DNA of 64,000 nucleotides, taken from the NCBI GenBank assembly GCA_048128005.1, contig JBEUKZ010000054.1, positions 868,001 to 932,000 on the forward strand, written 5' to 3'. The position numbers and the translations under genes are program-made. The stretch is from Veleropilina oligotropha (taxonomy: Eukaryota). How positions within the stretch are numbered: position 1 is the stretch's first letter; each line of letters starts with the position of its first letter. Below the pieces are notes generated by a model that was not told the DNA's origin, did no database searches, and saw only the letters and a list, made by a program, of their open reading frames with translations. Of this stretch, positions 1 to 14,366 are shown one piece after another.

Positions 1-255
1 TATTATAATAATGATTATATGAAATGAGCAAAGAATAACATGTACTAACTTTTATATAGCATGAACAGAATAATGTACAACACTCAGCAAACAATTAATT
101 ATATCAGAGACTTACAATTGCTATGCTGAAAGGTATGTCATAAATTTCTCTGCACACCTAGCTCAGGTTCAAAATAACAAAGTTATATGATATATATGGC
201 ATATGTATTTTTTGGCAACCTTGGATTAAAGCTTAGAGATGCTCCAAGCATTGCA

Positions 256-3200
256 TTAAATGTTATATACAGGCTCAAAATGATGACTGACATTTGAAAT
301 ATACATTTTGTTCTGTGACTTAACTAAACTAGAAAGAGGCTGAACCACAGGTAATGCGGCACATTTAAGCCATTTGTATGTCCAATTGCCAGCTTGATCT
401 CGGTTATAAGGAGAAAATACATAAATGTCAGTTGCGAGGAAATTGGCAGTTGCAAAGATTTCGACCTCGGTTGCCCATTCGCCTGTTTGATGCATGGAGC
501 TGTTGGATGCGTAACTTTCGCTGCTGGTTACGCTGCTTATTTTAGCATCGTTCTCAGCTGTATAATCTGTCACCAATTTGCGAAGGACTTTGTGTCCTGA
601 TTGGCATCCTGTTATCAAGTGGCTCAAACTTAGTCAAAGTGCGAAAGTAGAAGTTTCCGTCAGGCCTGATTGTAGCTTTATTTGCCGGTGGAGCAACAAC
701 GGAGCATTCATGTGCCTTTACACCATCGTGGTATTTGCGCACCTTCAAACCAAGTATTTGGGCTCTGTCTTGTTGCCACTCTTTATCAATGGAGTTGAAC
801 ATAACTGTCTCCACTGTCTCAGTGTTGATAATTTCACAGTCATTGTCCGTTTGGGGGGATTGACCATCTGTATTGCGGGATTGGCCATCTGTATTGAGGG
901 ATTGGCCATCTGTTTCAATAACATGATTGAAGTCGGTGTTCCGTGTCTTCTGCCTCTTCCTAGGATTAGTGGCGTCCACCGAGGAATCATTGTATGGTTT
1001 CACACGAAGGACGTTGGTTAGGGTTTTCCTACCTTTCAGTTTTAGTAGTCCTTTTTCCATCACACTCTCTACTGCATAAGGGCCAACCCAACGAGGAGCT
1101 AATTTGTCACCTTTTCTGTTAATCCTCCGAGAGTTATTGACCAGAACTTGGTCACCAATATTGTAGGAGGAGGGTTCATGGAGTTTATCAAAGTACTGTT
1201 TCTGTTTGACTTGCGCTGCCTCAGTGTTAGATTTGGCTTCATGTTGATGTTTGAAGAGTGACGCGACATTCCTTATGCGATTGTTGATTGCAGTCTGGAA
1301 GTCTAGCGAACATTCTTGCATCTCACCTACAGAGTACTTATCTTCGATGAAGAGTTTGGGTTTCTTTCCAAATGCCAAAAAGAAGGGAGTGTGCTTGGTT
1401 GATTTTTGGCTTGATGTTCGGTAGGCTAGGAGAACTGGATCGATGAAGCAGTCCCAATCATCTTGGTTCTCGTTAACGTACTTCACAATGGAATTCACCA
1501 GGGTCTGGTTGAATCTCTCTGTTAAACCATTGGCTTGCGGATGGTATGCTGTTGTCCGACGATGATCAATGCCTAATCGATTACATAGTTCACTGTTGAC
1601 TTTATTGCAAAATTCCCTGCCTTGATCTGTTATAAGGACATTAACAGAACTGTAACGACACACAACCTTCATGATAAATTTAGCAATCACATTCGCTTCC
1701 TTGCATGGTATAGCTTCTGCCTCAGGCCATTTTGTGAGGTAATCTGTCAACACTACGATGTACTTATTTCCTGATGACGTCTCTGGAAATGGTCCAACCA
1801 AATCCATCCCAAACTGAGTGAAGCTATCATCAGGTGGAGGTATGGGGTGCAACTCTGCCGGTGTCTTCCGCAAGTGATTTATTCTTTGACATTTGTCACA
1901 AAAACCTGCAAGTAGAGTATATGTGGAACATTAAGTAAAGATTAGTGTATCCTTGGTGTTGACAAATATTACCTTTAACTATGTTGCTTTTAAAGTTTAA
2001 GAGAAATTATTTTGATTTCAGGTGATTTTTTAATGGAAACAATACAAATAACAGATTTTTTTACATTTTGTCTCATCATATATGTTTAATTTCATTTTTT
2101 TTCTTCTCAGACTAGTGCACATTGATTAAAATCCGTTTTTTATTGTTGCATGATTTGGTATGAAAATAAATATTGATAAAAAAATAGAGTTATCAAAAAT
2201 TAACTTTGTTGCAATCTGATTTTGAACGTTTTCTTAATGAATGTGCACACATTTCACTGTTAATTTGAAAAGTAATTGTTAAGTTTAAGTGTTAGAATAT
2301 GGTTAGTTTAAACAATATTTATTATCATTGATCATATACTTAATTAATTATAATAGTCAGTTAGATGATTTAGCAAGAATAATTATTCTTTTGTAAAGCT
2401 ATTTCCTCAAATACACATTGTTCTGTCCCACTCACTTGCTTTTTTTGCAATGAAAGTGTTAGAATAGAGATTTGTTTTTGAAGAAGGTATTTATCTCTGT
2501 TTGAGCTGTTTCGAAGGTATCCAGTCAAATCGTCACTTTGTCAAATCGTCCTCGCTTTGAACTAGTCAATACGTCCTCGCTTATTTTGAGAGTCAAAAAC
2601 TCATCTGGTGCATTGAATGGTGTTAACGGATATAAATAATGTAGTAAATATTTTGAAAACAAATATAAATAAATTGTATATGGATTTATAAAACGCGTTA
2701 ACTGACATTTTTGAAAATTGAACAATGGTCTATTATGTGTCTGTAAAAATATATAATTAAAGTAAGGTAGATATGTCATAAACAATGACATTATTTATCC
2801 AATATATAGTTATACAATTATCGGAAGTGGATGAAGTTATGACCTGAGGACGATTTGATAACCCGAGGACGTTTTGACTTTCAAATCGAGGACGTTTTGA
2901 CCAAACCGAGGACGTTTTGACTCCGAGGACGATTTGACAAAGGGACGTTATGACTGGTATTCGTTTCGAAGATACATTAACTTACTTATGTAGTCTCTTA
3001 TGTCTTTATGTTGCGATGGCCAAAAGTAACGAGACGTTATCTTCTCACTTGTTTTGTTTATTCCGAAGTGTCCAGCAGAGGGATCCGTGTGGCATGCTTT
3101 CAGAATGTCTTTCGTTTCACTGGTTTTAATGACACGCACATGGCCATGTTTGCTGTGATTGTAATGAAGAGTACCTCTTAATAGTAAATACCGTCCACAC

Positions 3201-3313
3201 TTTTGTCTGAAGTTACGCTTTTCATTCTTTGATTTAACTGAAGTAGGCCATCTACTGGAGTTGTCTGATGCGCATAGAAAGGCACACAAATCTTCATATT
3301 CCTGCTCATCCAT
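256..3313 (-). CDS. Ginger1/GIN-type DDE integrase (transposase), two exons (3313-2986 and 1905-~640), with a frameshifted C-terminal OTU-like protease domain (627-256); probably inactivated
   Basis: Joining donor A|GTAAG (2985) to acceptor TGCAG|G (1906) gives ...CHTDPSAGH...RDYISFCDKCQRINHLRKT..., a complete HHCC finger. Catalytic GMDLVGP / ITDQGREF / GLTERFNQTL and GPY motif (WVGPYAV). PDGNFYFR plus GEWATEVEI...HHFEPV resemble OTU. No RT or RNase H nearby. Confidence 0.85.
2516..2962. mobile_element. Non-autonomous TIR element (MITE), 8-bp TSD, inside the Ginger intron
   Basis: GTTTCGAA at 2508-2515 and 2963-2970; imperfect TIR GGTATCCAGTCAAATCGTCACTTTGTCAAATCGTCCTCG vs GAATACCAGTCATAACGTCCCTTTGTCAAATCGTCCTCG (rc); subterminal GAGGACG(A/T)TTTGA repeats. 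Superfamily uncertain (Merlin or MULE-like). Confidence 0.8.
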
Positions 3314-6300
3314 TGTTTTTCAAGTTAAAGTTATCATAGTTAAGTGCTCCAATCCAGGTTTCAGATTCAAAATAAACTTGAAATATGAGGGTGATCATGC
3401 AGCAGGATCCTTATATGCAAGCTCTGATAAATTTGAATGACAATCATATATTATTATTGCAATCAATTGTCTTAAATTGAAGCAAATGAACAATGACGAA
3501 TATCTGAAAACAGCTAATCTTCACACTTAATATAAATCCAACTAATCCCCAAGCTAGCTTCTACCAATTGTTATTCCTTTTATTTGGGGGGTTTTAAAAA
3601 GTGAAGAAATTCTCTTTGAAGTCAAGTAACTGTTATCCATGGATTAATTACAGCAAGAGGTCACGAACCATACAATTAACCACTGATAAAGATGTGATAA
3701 CATCAATTAGTTTTGGTGACCACTTCTTTTGAATTAAAATTAAGAATCATAATACTTTGATTATTCCAACTACTATTAAAGTTTTACACAGTTTATTAGA
3801 AGACACGACCCGAAATATTTTTGATATACACAATGTCATGTTTATATGCATGTATCTTATAATATACTAATTATTGTAATATGCATGTTTATATGCATAT
3901 ATCTTATACTAATTATTGTAATATGATGAATATAGTTTAACATAAAATAATCACAAATCGCATAAAAATAATGTTGTTGTTATACCTGACATTGTAATCT
4001 CTGGTAGGGCATACATCTATTGTTATAATCTGTAATTAAGTGTAAACATCTTCATTTCGCTGAAATCGAATGATAAATTAATTCAGCAACATACACTTTG
4101 GAAAATGTCTTACAATATCAAAAGTTCATTGATTACAAATGAACTTTATGCATGTAATCCACAAGTTGGTTTGTAGTAATTACTTTAATTGTTTTCATTT
4201 TGTCAACATTTTCCTTTGAAGTTGCGAACAATGCAACCAACCAGTGTTACTTGGTGGATTGATTTCATTGAACTTACAAATATAGTAAAATATGCAATAA
4301 AATATTATTATATTCATGTCAAAACCTCAGCAAATACTACAGACCATGTTTACATTTATTTTGCTTCACATAATACTAGATACCTCAAAAAGTATATTGT
4401 CAGAAAAACTAACGCCTGTCATAACAAGACAATGCAAAATATGTATTAAAGGAAATTTCTGTATTATAGAGATGTTGTGGGGGGGGGGGGGGTGAAAATA
4501 TCATAGGGGGGATGAAGATTTCGCTATGAAATATTCACCCGGGGGTGAAATATTCATAGCTTTTTCTATGAAATATTCACCCCGGGTGACTATTTCATGG
4601 GGGTGAAAATTTCATATGACACCGGAAATCACTGACAATAATTACTTGTATTTAAAATGGTTCTTAAATATATGTTCTGGTAATAAATTTATTTGTTAAG
4701 AAAAATTTGCGTAATGTATTTTTCCTTCCGTAAATACGGATTGTATATACACAATATTTTTTGTTTTTTCTGACCTGAAGGTGACTAGCCTGTTTTCAGT
4801 AGAATGTATATGGGTTTCGAAAGCGTATTGTCGCATTTCATACTTTACCATACATGTGATAACCCAACACAGCATTCCAGGAGGTTGGGGTCAATATTCC
4901 AGATGATTGGGGTCAAATTCCAGTAGTAATTTTATAGAATATTTTATCGTCGATTACGTCATATAATTTTAGAATTATTTGCATAAAAAGACATGTATAT
5001 AAATGATAGTAATAGTAATCTTATGCAATCCAAAAAATAAATGAGTTTTATAAAAAAAATACCACAATAAATAATTTAATTTTCATATCAATATAAATAT
5101 GTTGATATTGCTACAAAAAGTGTTATCCTAGTAAATTTATTCCAAACAATAAATGCACTATCATATTTATATGGTCAATCAATATAAAACGTGGTTATAA
5201 TTAAGTCAATCCATACTTTACTTTTAACTGAACAAAATATATATATAACTTGTCAATCTCCTATCTACAATACAACTTGCAGGTACTTGGAAACTGTTGA
5301 TCTGGGTTTTATCTTCGTATCAGTACTGCATTTATCAGTAATTACAAAGTCTATCCATAATTTACTTTCAACTGAACACAGCTACAGGTGGTTGGAAACT
5401 GTTGATCCGGTCTTTATCTTCATATCCATCCGCATTTTACATCCTGGTTTGTAAATGCACATGGAGCTTCCGGTGAAGTTTTTCGTGATAATATCGGTAG
5501 TTTCATATCACTTCTTCCTGGTATAACATTTGAAATGTCATTTTACGAATAAATGACAAATAGGATTGAAATAACTGATATTGGAACAATCAATCGGGAC
5601 GAACAATGCCCATTCAAGATCACCATTGAACCATGACAGTAGCGATAATGCGCTTGACACAGTAAACAAACATCGCGGTGACAGGGATCAAATTAAGGTA
5701 GAGTAAAATGCATAGAAGTTAATTACATAATGCCATGTCATTGCAAGAAAATAAGGTTAAAATAATATTACTGGATAATTGAATTATCTCTGAAAGATTA
5801 TCTGATTTTGTGAGATTTATGTCATTTCTGGAGACTCCCAGAGTAGGCCATTTCTGGAGTGCTGATTTCTGGAGGAATTTACTCCCGGCCGGAGGTATCA
5901 CATGATTGTATGCATTACTATGGTGTGGATATTCATATTCAGAACGTTTCTCTTCTGCTGAAAACATGTTTTAATCTCTAATCAATTTTTTTTTTTTTTC
6001 CATTTATTGAATAATTATTTCTAGCGAGATTTAATTATTTCAGTATATTATGATATGATATAAAAAACTTTATAAGACGTTGTTTCCACATATAAATTCA
6101 AATAATAATTAAATCACCTTAGGTCGCAATGACGTAACTACGTTAATGAAAACAAGGGAGATAATATTTTTCATTGTGGAAGAACAGCCACGTTAATTAC
6201 AAGTGTTGTTGTTGTCTTATAATTATGTAATTTATCAGCGAACTAGTGATGTTCACATGAATAAATGTAACGGCACCTTTTACATTGATCTGTAAGCCTA

Positions 6301-9138
6301 ATCTTTGATTTTGCGTTCTGATAAACCTAAAAGTCTGTCATTTGGACTCTGGACAAGAGATTTTTAATCCGATTATCGTGTGTGAATGTGCTAATTCAGA
6401 TATCAGACCAAGGTGATCGTTTATAGACCTCATTATTTTTAATTTAGCAAAAGACAAATATCCCTTTTGATGCCGACACAATGTAGGGCCTACTTCGCTT
6501 TATCGATTGATATTTTCCATCCGATAATTCTCTGACTGACATCGCTCATTTCCATAACATTTCTGCACTGCAACGATGTTTACCGAACTTTCATTTCCGA
6601 CATTTTCTGGAAGTTAAAATTATTTTGAAACTCATGAGGTTGCAGAAATGGTTAAAACTTCAAATGTTACTTGTTGAATAAACATCTTTGCGATGGCGTA
6701 CCAAGGCATACTGGCAAAATGCAAGTATTTTGACCAATTTAACGATTTTATTATCAATTATGTATTGTTTTGTCAATTATGTGGTCAAAAATTTCTTACA
6801 CAAATAAGCAAAAATCCGGCAATTATGCATGCACTTAAGCGATTATTTGCATATGATAATAATAGTAATCTATTCTGTAAAGGCAGATTTATGCAAATAT
6901 CTGAAATATGCAATTAAGCGTTATGCAATTAAGTGGAGTCTACTGTATAAATATGTATACGCAGTTGGTGTTTCTTTAAGCCGGCTTTTCTCCATTGCTG
7001 AGAGATAGACCCTTGTCATCTTGGTGTCAAATGTATGAGTGCACATGTGCTGAAAGCTTTGACGTAGTAAGCAGAGCTTTACTGATACCGCTTTGTCCGG
7101 CGTCCGTTGTCCGTCCGTCCGTCGTATGGCGTCAACTTTAGACTTGAAATGTGAATATCTTGAAAACTGTGTAATAACTTTTTTTTTACTTTTGCATGAG
7201 CCTTCCTTATGATGTTCCGAATATATCTTGGAAATATTAGGAAATTCTACGTCTCTGTTTTTCTGAAATTTACATTTTTGGACTTAGAATATCCACTTCT
7301 GCGACAAGTTTTGACTTCAAAATTTAATGTGAATAACTCAGAAACTGTCTGATAACTTTTTTTCTACTTTGGCATGGGCCTTCTTTTAATGTTTTTAACA
7401 TATCTTGATATTTTTAGAACATTCTCGCTGTTTTGCTGAAATTTACATTTTTGGACTTAGAAAATCCACTTTTGCATCAAGTTTTGACTTAAAATGTGAA
7501 TAACTCCGAAACTGTCTGATAATTTTTTTGTGTTAATTGGCATGAGCCTTCCTTTTGATGTGTTTAACTTATCCTGTGAATATTAGAAAAATGTACGTCA
7601 GAGTTTTGCTGAAATTCGGAATTTGTACTTTTTCAAGACAACTAGCCTGCATATCGGTATACTATTACATGGGGAAGTGCTGCTCAAATTTCTAGTTCGT
7701 GATTAGACCCACAGTCCCTCGACGATAAGTCACAAAATAAAATTATTGAAATCACCAGGCAAATGCCCCATATATTGATTGCTAATATAACATAGAGAAA
7801 ATTGTGCAACGATAAAATGGCAAAAATCGCAATACACGGTCACAACTTTATTCATATAAAATCTGTATTCATATAAAATCGACATACCTCGTACTGCTGG
7901 AATCGATAAACGAGGTATTTTTCTTACTATCGGTGTACTTTTCCAAATTTTATTTGGACACTGGGCTGAGGATCGGAACCTTTTTACAGATCACTCCAAC
8001 TCACCAGTTTGTCACGCACGCTATGGCCATACAGGTCCGCAGTAAATAAAATTACTATATATATCATTCGTTATTATAAGATAAATATTTAACTATCTGT
8101 ATAATTTTTCTTTAATAGTGCTTTAAAAACTAATCGTAGAGACTTGTACCTATTAAAAAATTCTAGAAAGTAAAAAATATATAATTAAACACAGATAACT
8201 AAGTATACATTAATTTTATAATATATATTATCTTCGTTCACTGCCTATCTGTGTGGCCATGGTCGGTAAAAACGTCCCGTCTCTCAGCCCATAGCCCAAA
8301 TAATACTTGAAAAAGTAAACCGATAGCAAGAAAAATACCTCGTTTATCGATTCTAGCAGTACGAGGTATGTCGATTTTATATGAATAAAGTTGTGACCGC
8401 GTATTGCGATTGTTTACCAATTTTCGCCATTTTTCGTTGCACAACTTTCTCTATGTCAGGGAATTTCATTCCCTCTTGCGAGTCGGCGGAAGCCGATTCA
8501 GATCATATTCCGCCAATAACAATTCCAATGCAGTCGGCCCTTAGCGCCGATTGACATCACATAACTGACTGCTGAGACAGGCCAAACTGAAGTTAATTAA
8601 TGTATTTTGGTGCATTGTTTCAATGAAGGTTGGTTATCAGAGAAAGGTGTTGATAAGATATACATTACAGGACTCATTTCCATAACTCTTTGAAAAGAAA
8701 GACATCACTGGTCAAGCCTAATTAAAAACACAAGATTTAAATAATTGCGTGTTTAATCATGCTATCTTGTAAGAATAAATGACCAACCTGATGATGTGGA
8801 ACCAATAGCTTGTCTATTGGTAGTCCGTTAATTTGTATTATTTAACTATCATTAAATAGTATGGCAGATTTTAGTTAGAAACAAAAAGATCTGATGACAA
8901 ACAGTAACTATACACAAGGGTATATAATATTATTATATATAAATAAGGAGAATCAGCGAAAGATGATCAGAAGTTAACTTCCGGGGAAACTTCACTCAAT
9001 TGATTCAAATTGATACTTAATTAAAGATATAAGTCTCTGTCAAAGGTAATATTTTTTTCTTAAATTTGTAGCCTGTCACATTTAATGTAAATTATTCTTT
9101 ATAGACACAAGTATTTCTCTAAAAACACTACCGTATAT

Positions 9139-12100
9139 GAGCCAGTCTACGGAGTCATACACTTTCCGTTACGTCCGAGAACAGTTTTTTTCCAAATTTC
9201 AAAATAATGTAAAAATCAAAGTGATGGTAGATTACACAGCACAAAATGATGATGCATCCGGACAAATGAAGGAAAAGATAGTTCTGCTTTGAGAAATTAG
9301 AGGAAACGCAACTTTTATGTCAAAATCCAGGACGTAACAGGACACAAAAATAACATTTGGTTTCACATGTTTTTGTATACGTGCGTCAGGTAGGGGCTAA
9401 ATTCATTCAAAATCATTATCAGTGCTATCATACTATTATATTTACTATGAAGAAGTTTATTTTGATGTCTTCAAAGCAGAAATACACCCAAGGATAACTT
9501 GCGGATGTAACAGGACACCATTTTCGAACTTATTAGGACAAGAAACAGATTATAGATGATATTTATTCTCTATTTTGTCTTGTTATAGAAAAAAGAATGG
9601 TTAATTTTATTTTTAAACAAATTCAAAAGTGAAATGGCAAAGATTTTACCATTTATTTGTACAAGTGAAATCTCGGTGTCCCGTGTTACATCCAAAATGT
9701 TTTGTTTTCATGGATAAAATGTTTAATTCCTGTCATACATGTGTATTTCTATTGCATGAAGCTCAGTAATTTCCTTCTGTGTTCCTCATAATGTTTTACA
9801 TCAGTTTGAATATATTTTTCAGGTTTTTATTTACTATTTGTCATTGTGCACAGCTAAACTCTATCGAAATACACAGTATAAGAACTAACATGATTTGTTG
9901 TCATCCCGATATAACTGTAGCTGCAATAAACCATGATCAAGTAAAATTTCCTTTACTTTCCAAATTGAAAGTTGTCCTGTATTGAGGATGTACATTGAAA
10001 CGGCAAGGTATTGACTGTTCAAGATCGATCAAGACCTCCTAGACAAATATACTTTTATTAATTAGATCACATTGAAAGTATCAGTACAATTAATAATTTT
10101 TAACTGAATTATTAATACATTCTGTAATCTTACAGAAGTATTTCTGATCTACCTAAATAACTAGAAAGCTTGGTCACTCCTGACTGCATATGCATCATCC
10201 TGGCATATCCAAGATGATGGCCACCTTGAAGGTCGGACCACACCTGGAGTCTATAAGTGTCGTATTATCGATCACCCCAACCAACTTACATTCCAAATTT
10301 GAAAACATTCGGTTAAGAAATTACCTGTTTAGAGCAATCACGAGGAATTTCTCCATTCCGGATGCGCCGTAATAGACGCTAAACCATATTATCCCCCGAA
10401 AAGTTATCGGGCGATACAATATATATACATTCAAAATGTAAAAAGTGTCATTATTTGTTCTAGTGTAATAAAAGTATAAATTTTTCAATTATAAACATGA
10501 TTAAGCTTATTTTTGTTGTGGTCTAGCTGTGAGAAAATTAATGAACTCCCAACCCCCCTTTTATAAACGTCGTAAGAGTACCATGAACATTTTTTCCCAC
10601 TAGTCGCGAGATGCAAGCTTATAATAAATACAAACATAATATGAGAAAACTTTTAACAATCATAATAAATTTACTCCAAAGGTAAAAAACAACTACATAA
10701 TAGGCAAATTGTATTATATATATACAAGCACAAAACAGAACATGCACACATATCTTTAATAATGGAAATAGTGCAGAACATGTACACATATCTTTAATAA
10801 TGGAAATAGTGCACAATGGTTCTTTAATATTCTCATTTTGACATTGTTTTCATTATAGATTAATTAGGGTTCCAGTATATTAGCAATTACACTACATAAT
10901 ATATATCAAATTAGTGACATCAATTAAGTTAACTATCTTAAAATTTATACAAAATCCTGGACCCAATGCATGCGCAGGAGACAGTGAGCACAGTAATGTT
11001 GCTAATTACTATGTTAACATAGTTTCTAAATAAGATGTTCTTCTGAATCTGAATCCAATATTCAATGCATGAGCAATGACTCCATGTTAAATGGTGTGAC
11101 AACAATCGAAAGTAAAAAGGATGGTAATGTCTCAATAAGCAAATCAATGTCATTGTCAGTTTGGTGTCCCTGTTGCATCCTGGTTAAATGAATATTAATA
11201 TAACACTATTTGTTTAATTTAATGAGAAAATCCAAAATATTATCAACCAGAAATAGGACAAATAAATAATTAATATTTCATAAATAATGATTGGAAAAGA
11301 TGTAGCAATGACACTGACGTAGTACTTCAACTTTGGTTTCATTGTTACATCTTGGATAAATGGTAGAATATAGCACTACTTCATACATTTTTAAAGGAAT
11401 TCAAAATACTGAAGTCGCTGATTATGAATAGAGCCACATTGTTTTTCATATATTCAAAATCTACTGTTAAAATAGTAGATACAGAATTATTGGAAAAGAT
11501 GTAACAATGACACTGATATAAATAAGTACTTAATCTTGGTGCCAGTGTTCTATCAATTTAAAAAATAGTAAATATTAAAAACACAATATGACACATAATT
11601 GATTGATTTTTTAATTCAGAATCAAGCATTAAACTTTGCAAAAGGAATTATTAGAAAAGATGTAACGAAGACCCCGAAGTTGTAATTCAAGTTTGGTGTC
11701 TTGATTACATCCTGGGTAAATATTAAATAAGTCAAATAAACAAAACACTACTGCCTTTATAAATAAAATAAATACAAAATAGTATCCACCAGATAATTCG
11801 ATGGTTTATACATTCAATATCCATTGTAAGATATTTTATAATGCATTTTTGTAAAAGATGTAACAAAGACACAAATTTAGTACTTCAACTTTGGTGTCAA
11901 TGTTACATCCTGGCTAAATGAGAGAGTATGACACTGCCGCATATTTTTAAACTAATTAAAAAATATTAGAGGAACTGATTATTAAAATAGAAACATTGTG
12001 CTTTTATATATTCAAAATCTACTCATAAAATAGTGGATACAACATTATTGGAAAAGATGTAACAAAGATACGGGCACAGTACTGAATCTTTGGTGTCAAT

Positions 12101-13260
12101 GTTACATCTTGGATATAACTGGCAAAAACCTACATGTGTACTTCTTGTACAGTCCTTTTTTGCATTAAAATATGCTCCTTAACACTTGTGTATTCAAAGT
12201 GTGAATATGCTATATTATGTTCAAATAGTAACCATATGAACTTACATTATATCACCAAGACGTAACAAAGACACTAAATGAATGCAAACAAATATATGAA
12301 TCATGTTGACAATTTATCGTAACGAGGTCAAACGTTTCCTCTGACAGACCATTTTCAACTGCCATTTTGAAGCAAAATTTATCGATCATTCAAAGACACA
12401 TCCTTTAATATCCATTTACAATGAATATTTGTCATTTTAAGCCTCAATCTACTAGTCACATGCACTTGTTCTCGGATGTAACAACAAAGGCAAGAAGCAC
12501 TTACTTTTTGACAAGCCATGCCACAACGAAAAATCTTCACAGCAGTGCCCCGTTTTGAACACAATCGTCAATCGGTATTGGCTCCCGATGATGCCATAAA
12601 GTAATTGATCAAATTTAACTTGCAAATTATTTATTTTGATTGTATCTTTCATTTTCTCGGATGTAACAATATGACACCAAAACATTTGTTCAACAAAAAA
12701 TAAAATTTTTGGCCAAAAAATGTAAAATGTTGTATTTACAACATCTGCTCTAAAAACGCTTATATGAACACATTCTAATCGTAAAATAACATAATAGATG
12801 CTCACATCACTAAAATGGAGATTTGGCAATATTTGGATGTAACATTTATGACACAAAATGTTACATCCATACAATATTTTTTCAAGGAACAATTCAACAT
12901 ACGGTAATTAATTGTGTTTTGATGTGAAAACCACATTTTACCTTGTTTTTGAATGTCATTTACTAAATTTGAACTGATTTGGTCAAACATGCACGGTACA
13001 TAAAGATCGGAAATTATATGTTGAAACGGACGTTCTCGATTAGGACACCAAAAAATGGCATAAAAAGCATGACATTTCAGATGAAAATGTAAAATTGTAG
13101 CTAAAGTTTTGATTATTCCCAAACATATTTTTGCCAGTTATCTCCTTGTTATATAATGATGTTAATTAGTATTATTTGATTTCATTAGGAAAACAGACTT
13201 TGTAGATATTTTCAAAAAGCTTGGACGTAACGGAAAGTGTATGACTCCGTAGACTGGCTC
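9139..13260. mobile_element. Non-coding TIR element with GAG...CTC ends and 4-bp TSD (Sola-like)
   Basis: Perfect 38-bp TIR GAGCCAGTCTACGGAGTCATACACTTTCCGTTACGTCC; ATAT at 9135-9138 and 13261-13264; many dispersed GATGTAACA/TGTTACATC motifs; no credible ORF. Confidence 0.8.
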
Positions 13261-14238
13261 ATATACTCGCGTATAAGACGATGTTTTTTACCAAAAATAT
13301 CAACTCAATAGTCAGGGGGTCGTCTTATACGCGAGACCATGCATTTGATCAAACTAAATCAGACTCAAAATACATGAAAATTACGGGTAGCCGTCATATC
13401 CATCATTTTGTGCACAATGTATTTTAATCTGTATTGTTTCAACCATTGTCAATTGACAACTTTAAAGACTATTCTGAAAATAGCACATATAATCTGACTA
13501 TCACTAACCTGTCGCACGTGAACAAAGTATTTTAATCCATATTGTTCAGCCATTGTCAATTAGCAACCTAAAGGCCGCCATTCATTACAAATCCGAGGCT
13601 AACACATCTAGTTGAGCGTTTTGGACGATCTCGGGGTGAAGAGCATAATATTATGCGCATCATAAAATAGAAATGTCCTTTTTACGACGATGTCACTTTT
13701 TTTCGAAAATACAACAAAGGCATCATCTTTATTACTATATATATATATATATATACTTGCATAAGTTATATTAAAATTGAGAGGGTGAATACTGATTTCT
13801 TAATTTGTGCTCTACTTGATATACTGTACACCCCTTGTTGTAAATAGATTCGCCCAGTTCGCCAGCTGTCTCTGTCGAAGAACAACAAATTAATCGTATT
13901 AACACGTTGTCAATCGTCGGAGGGCTCATTGCAATATGCAAATTTAATTCCTATAGTATCCGCAGACTTCAATCGATCCTTGAATACATGGTTAACATTG
14001 TTCAACCGCTTCAAAGACCATGCCGTTCTCATTCATAATATGACATCTTCGCGGAACATTTTGGCGATGAAGACGGTGGCAGGACGGAAACGAATTTGAG
14101 GGATTTTTACCGAGTGCCTTGAGAAATTCAGCGGACAACTAATAAATTAATAGCCGACCAGGGAAACATGTGAGAATTGTTGTATTTTTATGTTTGTTAT
14201 ATATATATATTAAAATGTTATTCTCTTTAATCATGTAC

Positions 14239-14326
14239 TTTTTATGTCTTGACCTTTTTGTAAAAAAGGACAAGACATTATCAAATGGTCCGTGTGTATA
14301 TACTTATATACTTATATACATATATA

Positions 14327-14366
<40 letters not shown>

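Larger units (their letters stand above)
1..4621 (-). mobile_element. Ginger1-like DNA transposon; one terminus at 4621, the other not seen (probably left of the window)
   Basis: Repetitive, palindromic terminal block ~4490-4621 ends ...ATATGACA followed by CCGG (4622-4625), matching the TGT..ACA ends and CCGG-type 4-bp target typical of Ginger1. It lies upstream of the integrase ATG. Confidence 0.7.

Noticed and set aside
4850..5905. Possible MITE bounded by CATGTGATA / TATCACATG with TCCAG / CTGGA repeats
   Set aside because: TIR short and degenerate, no TSD.
6820..6948. Tc1/Tigger-like right end (...TGCAATTAAGTGGAGTCTACTG|TA)
   Set aside because: No left end located; fragment only.
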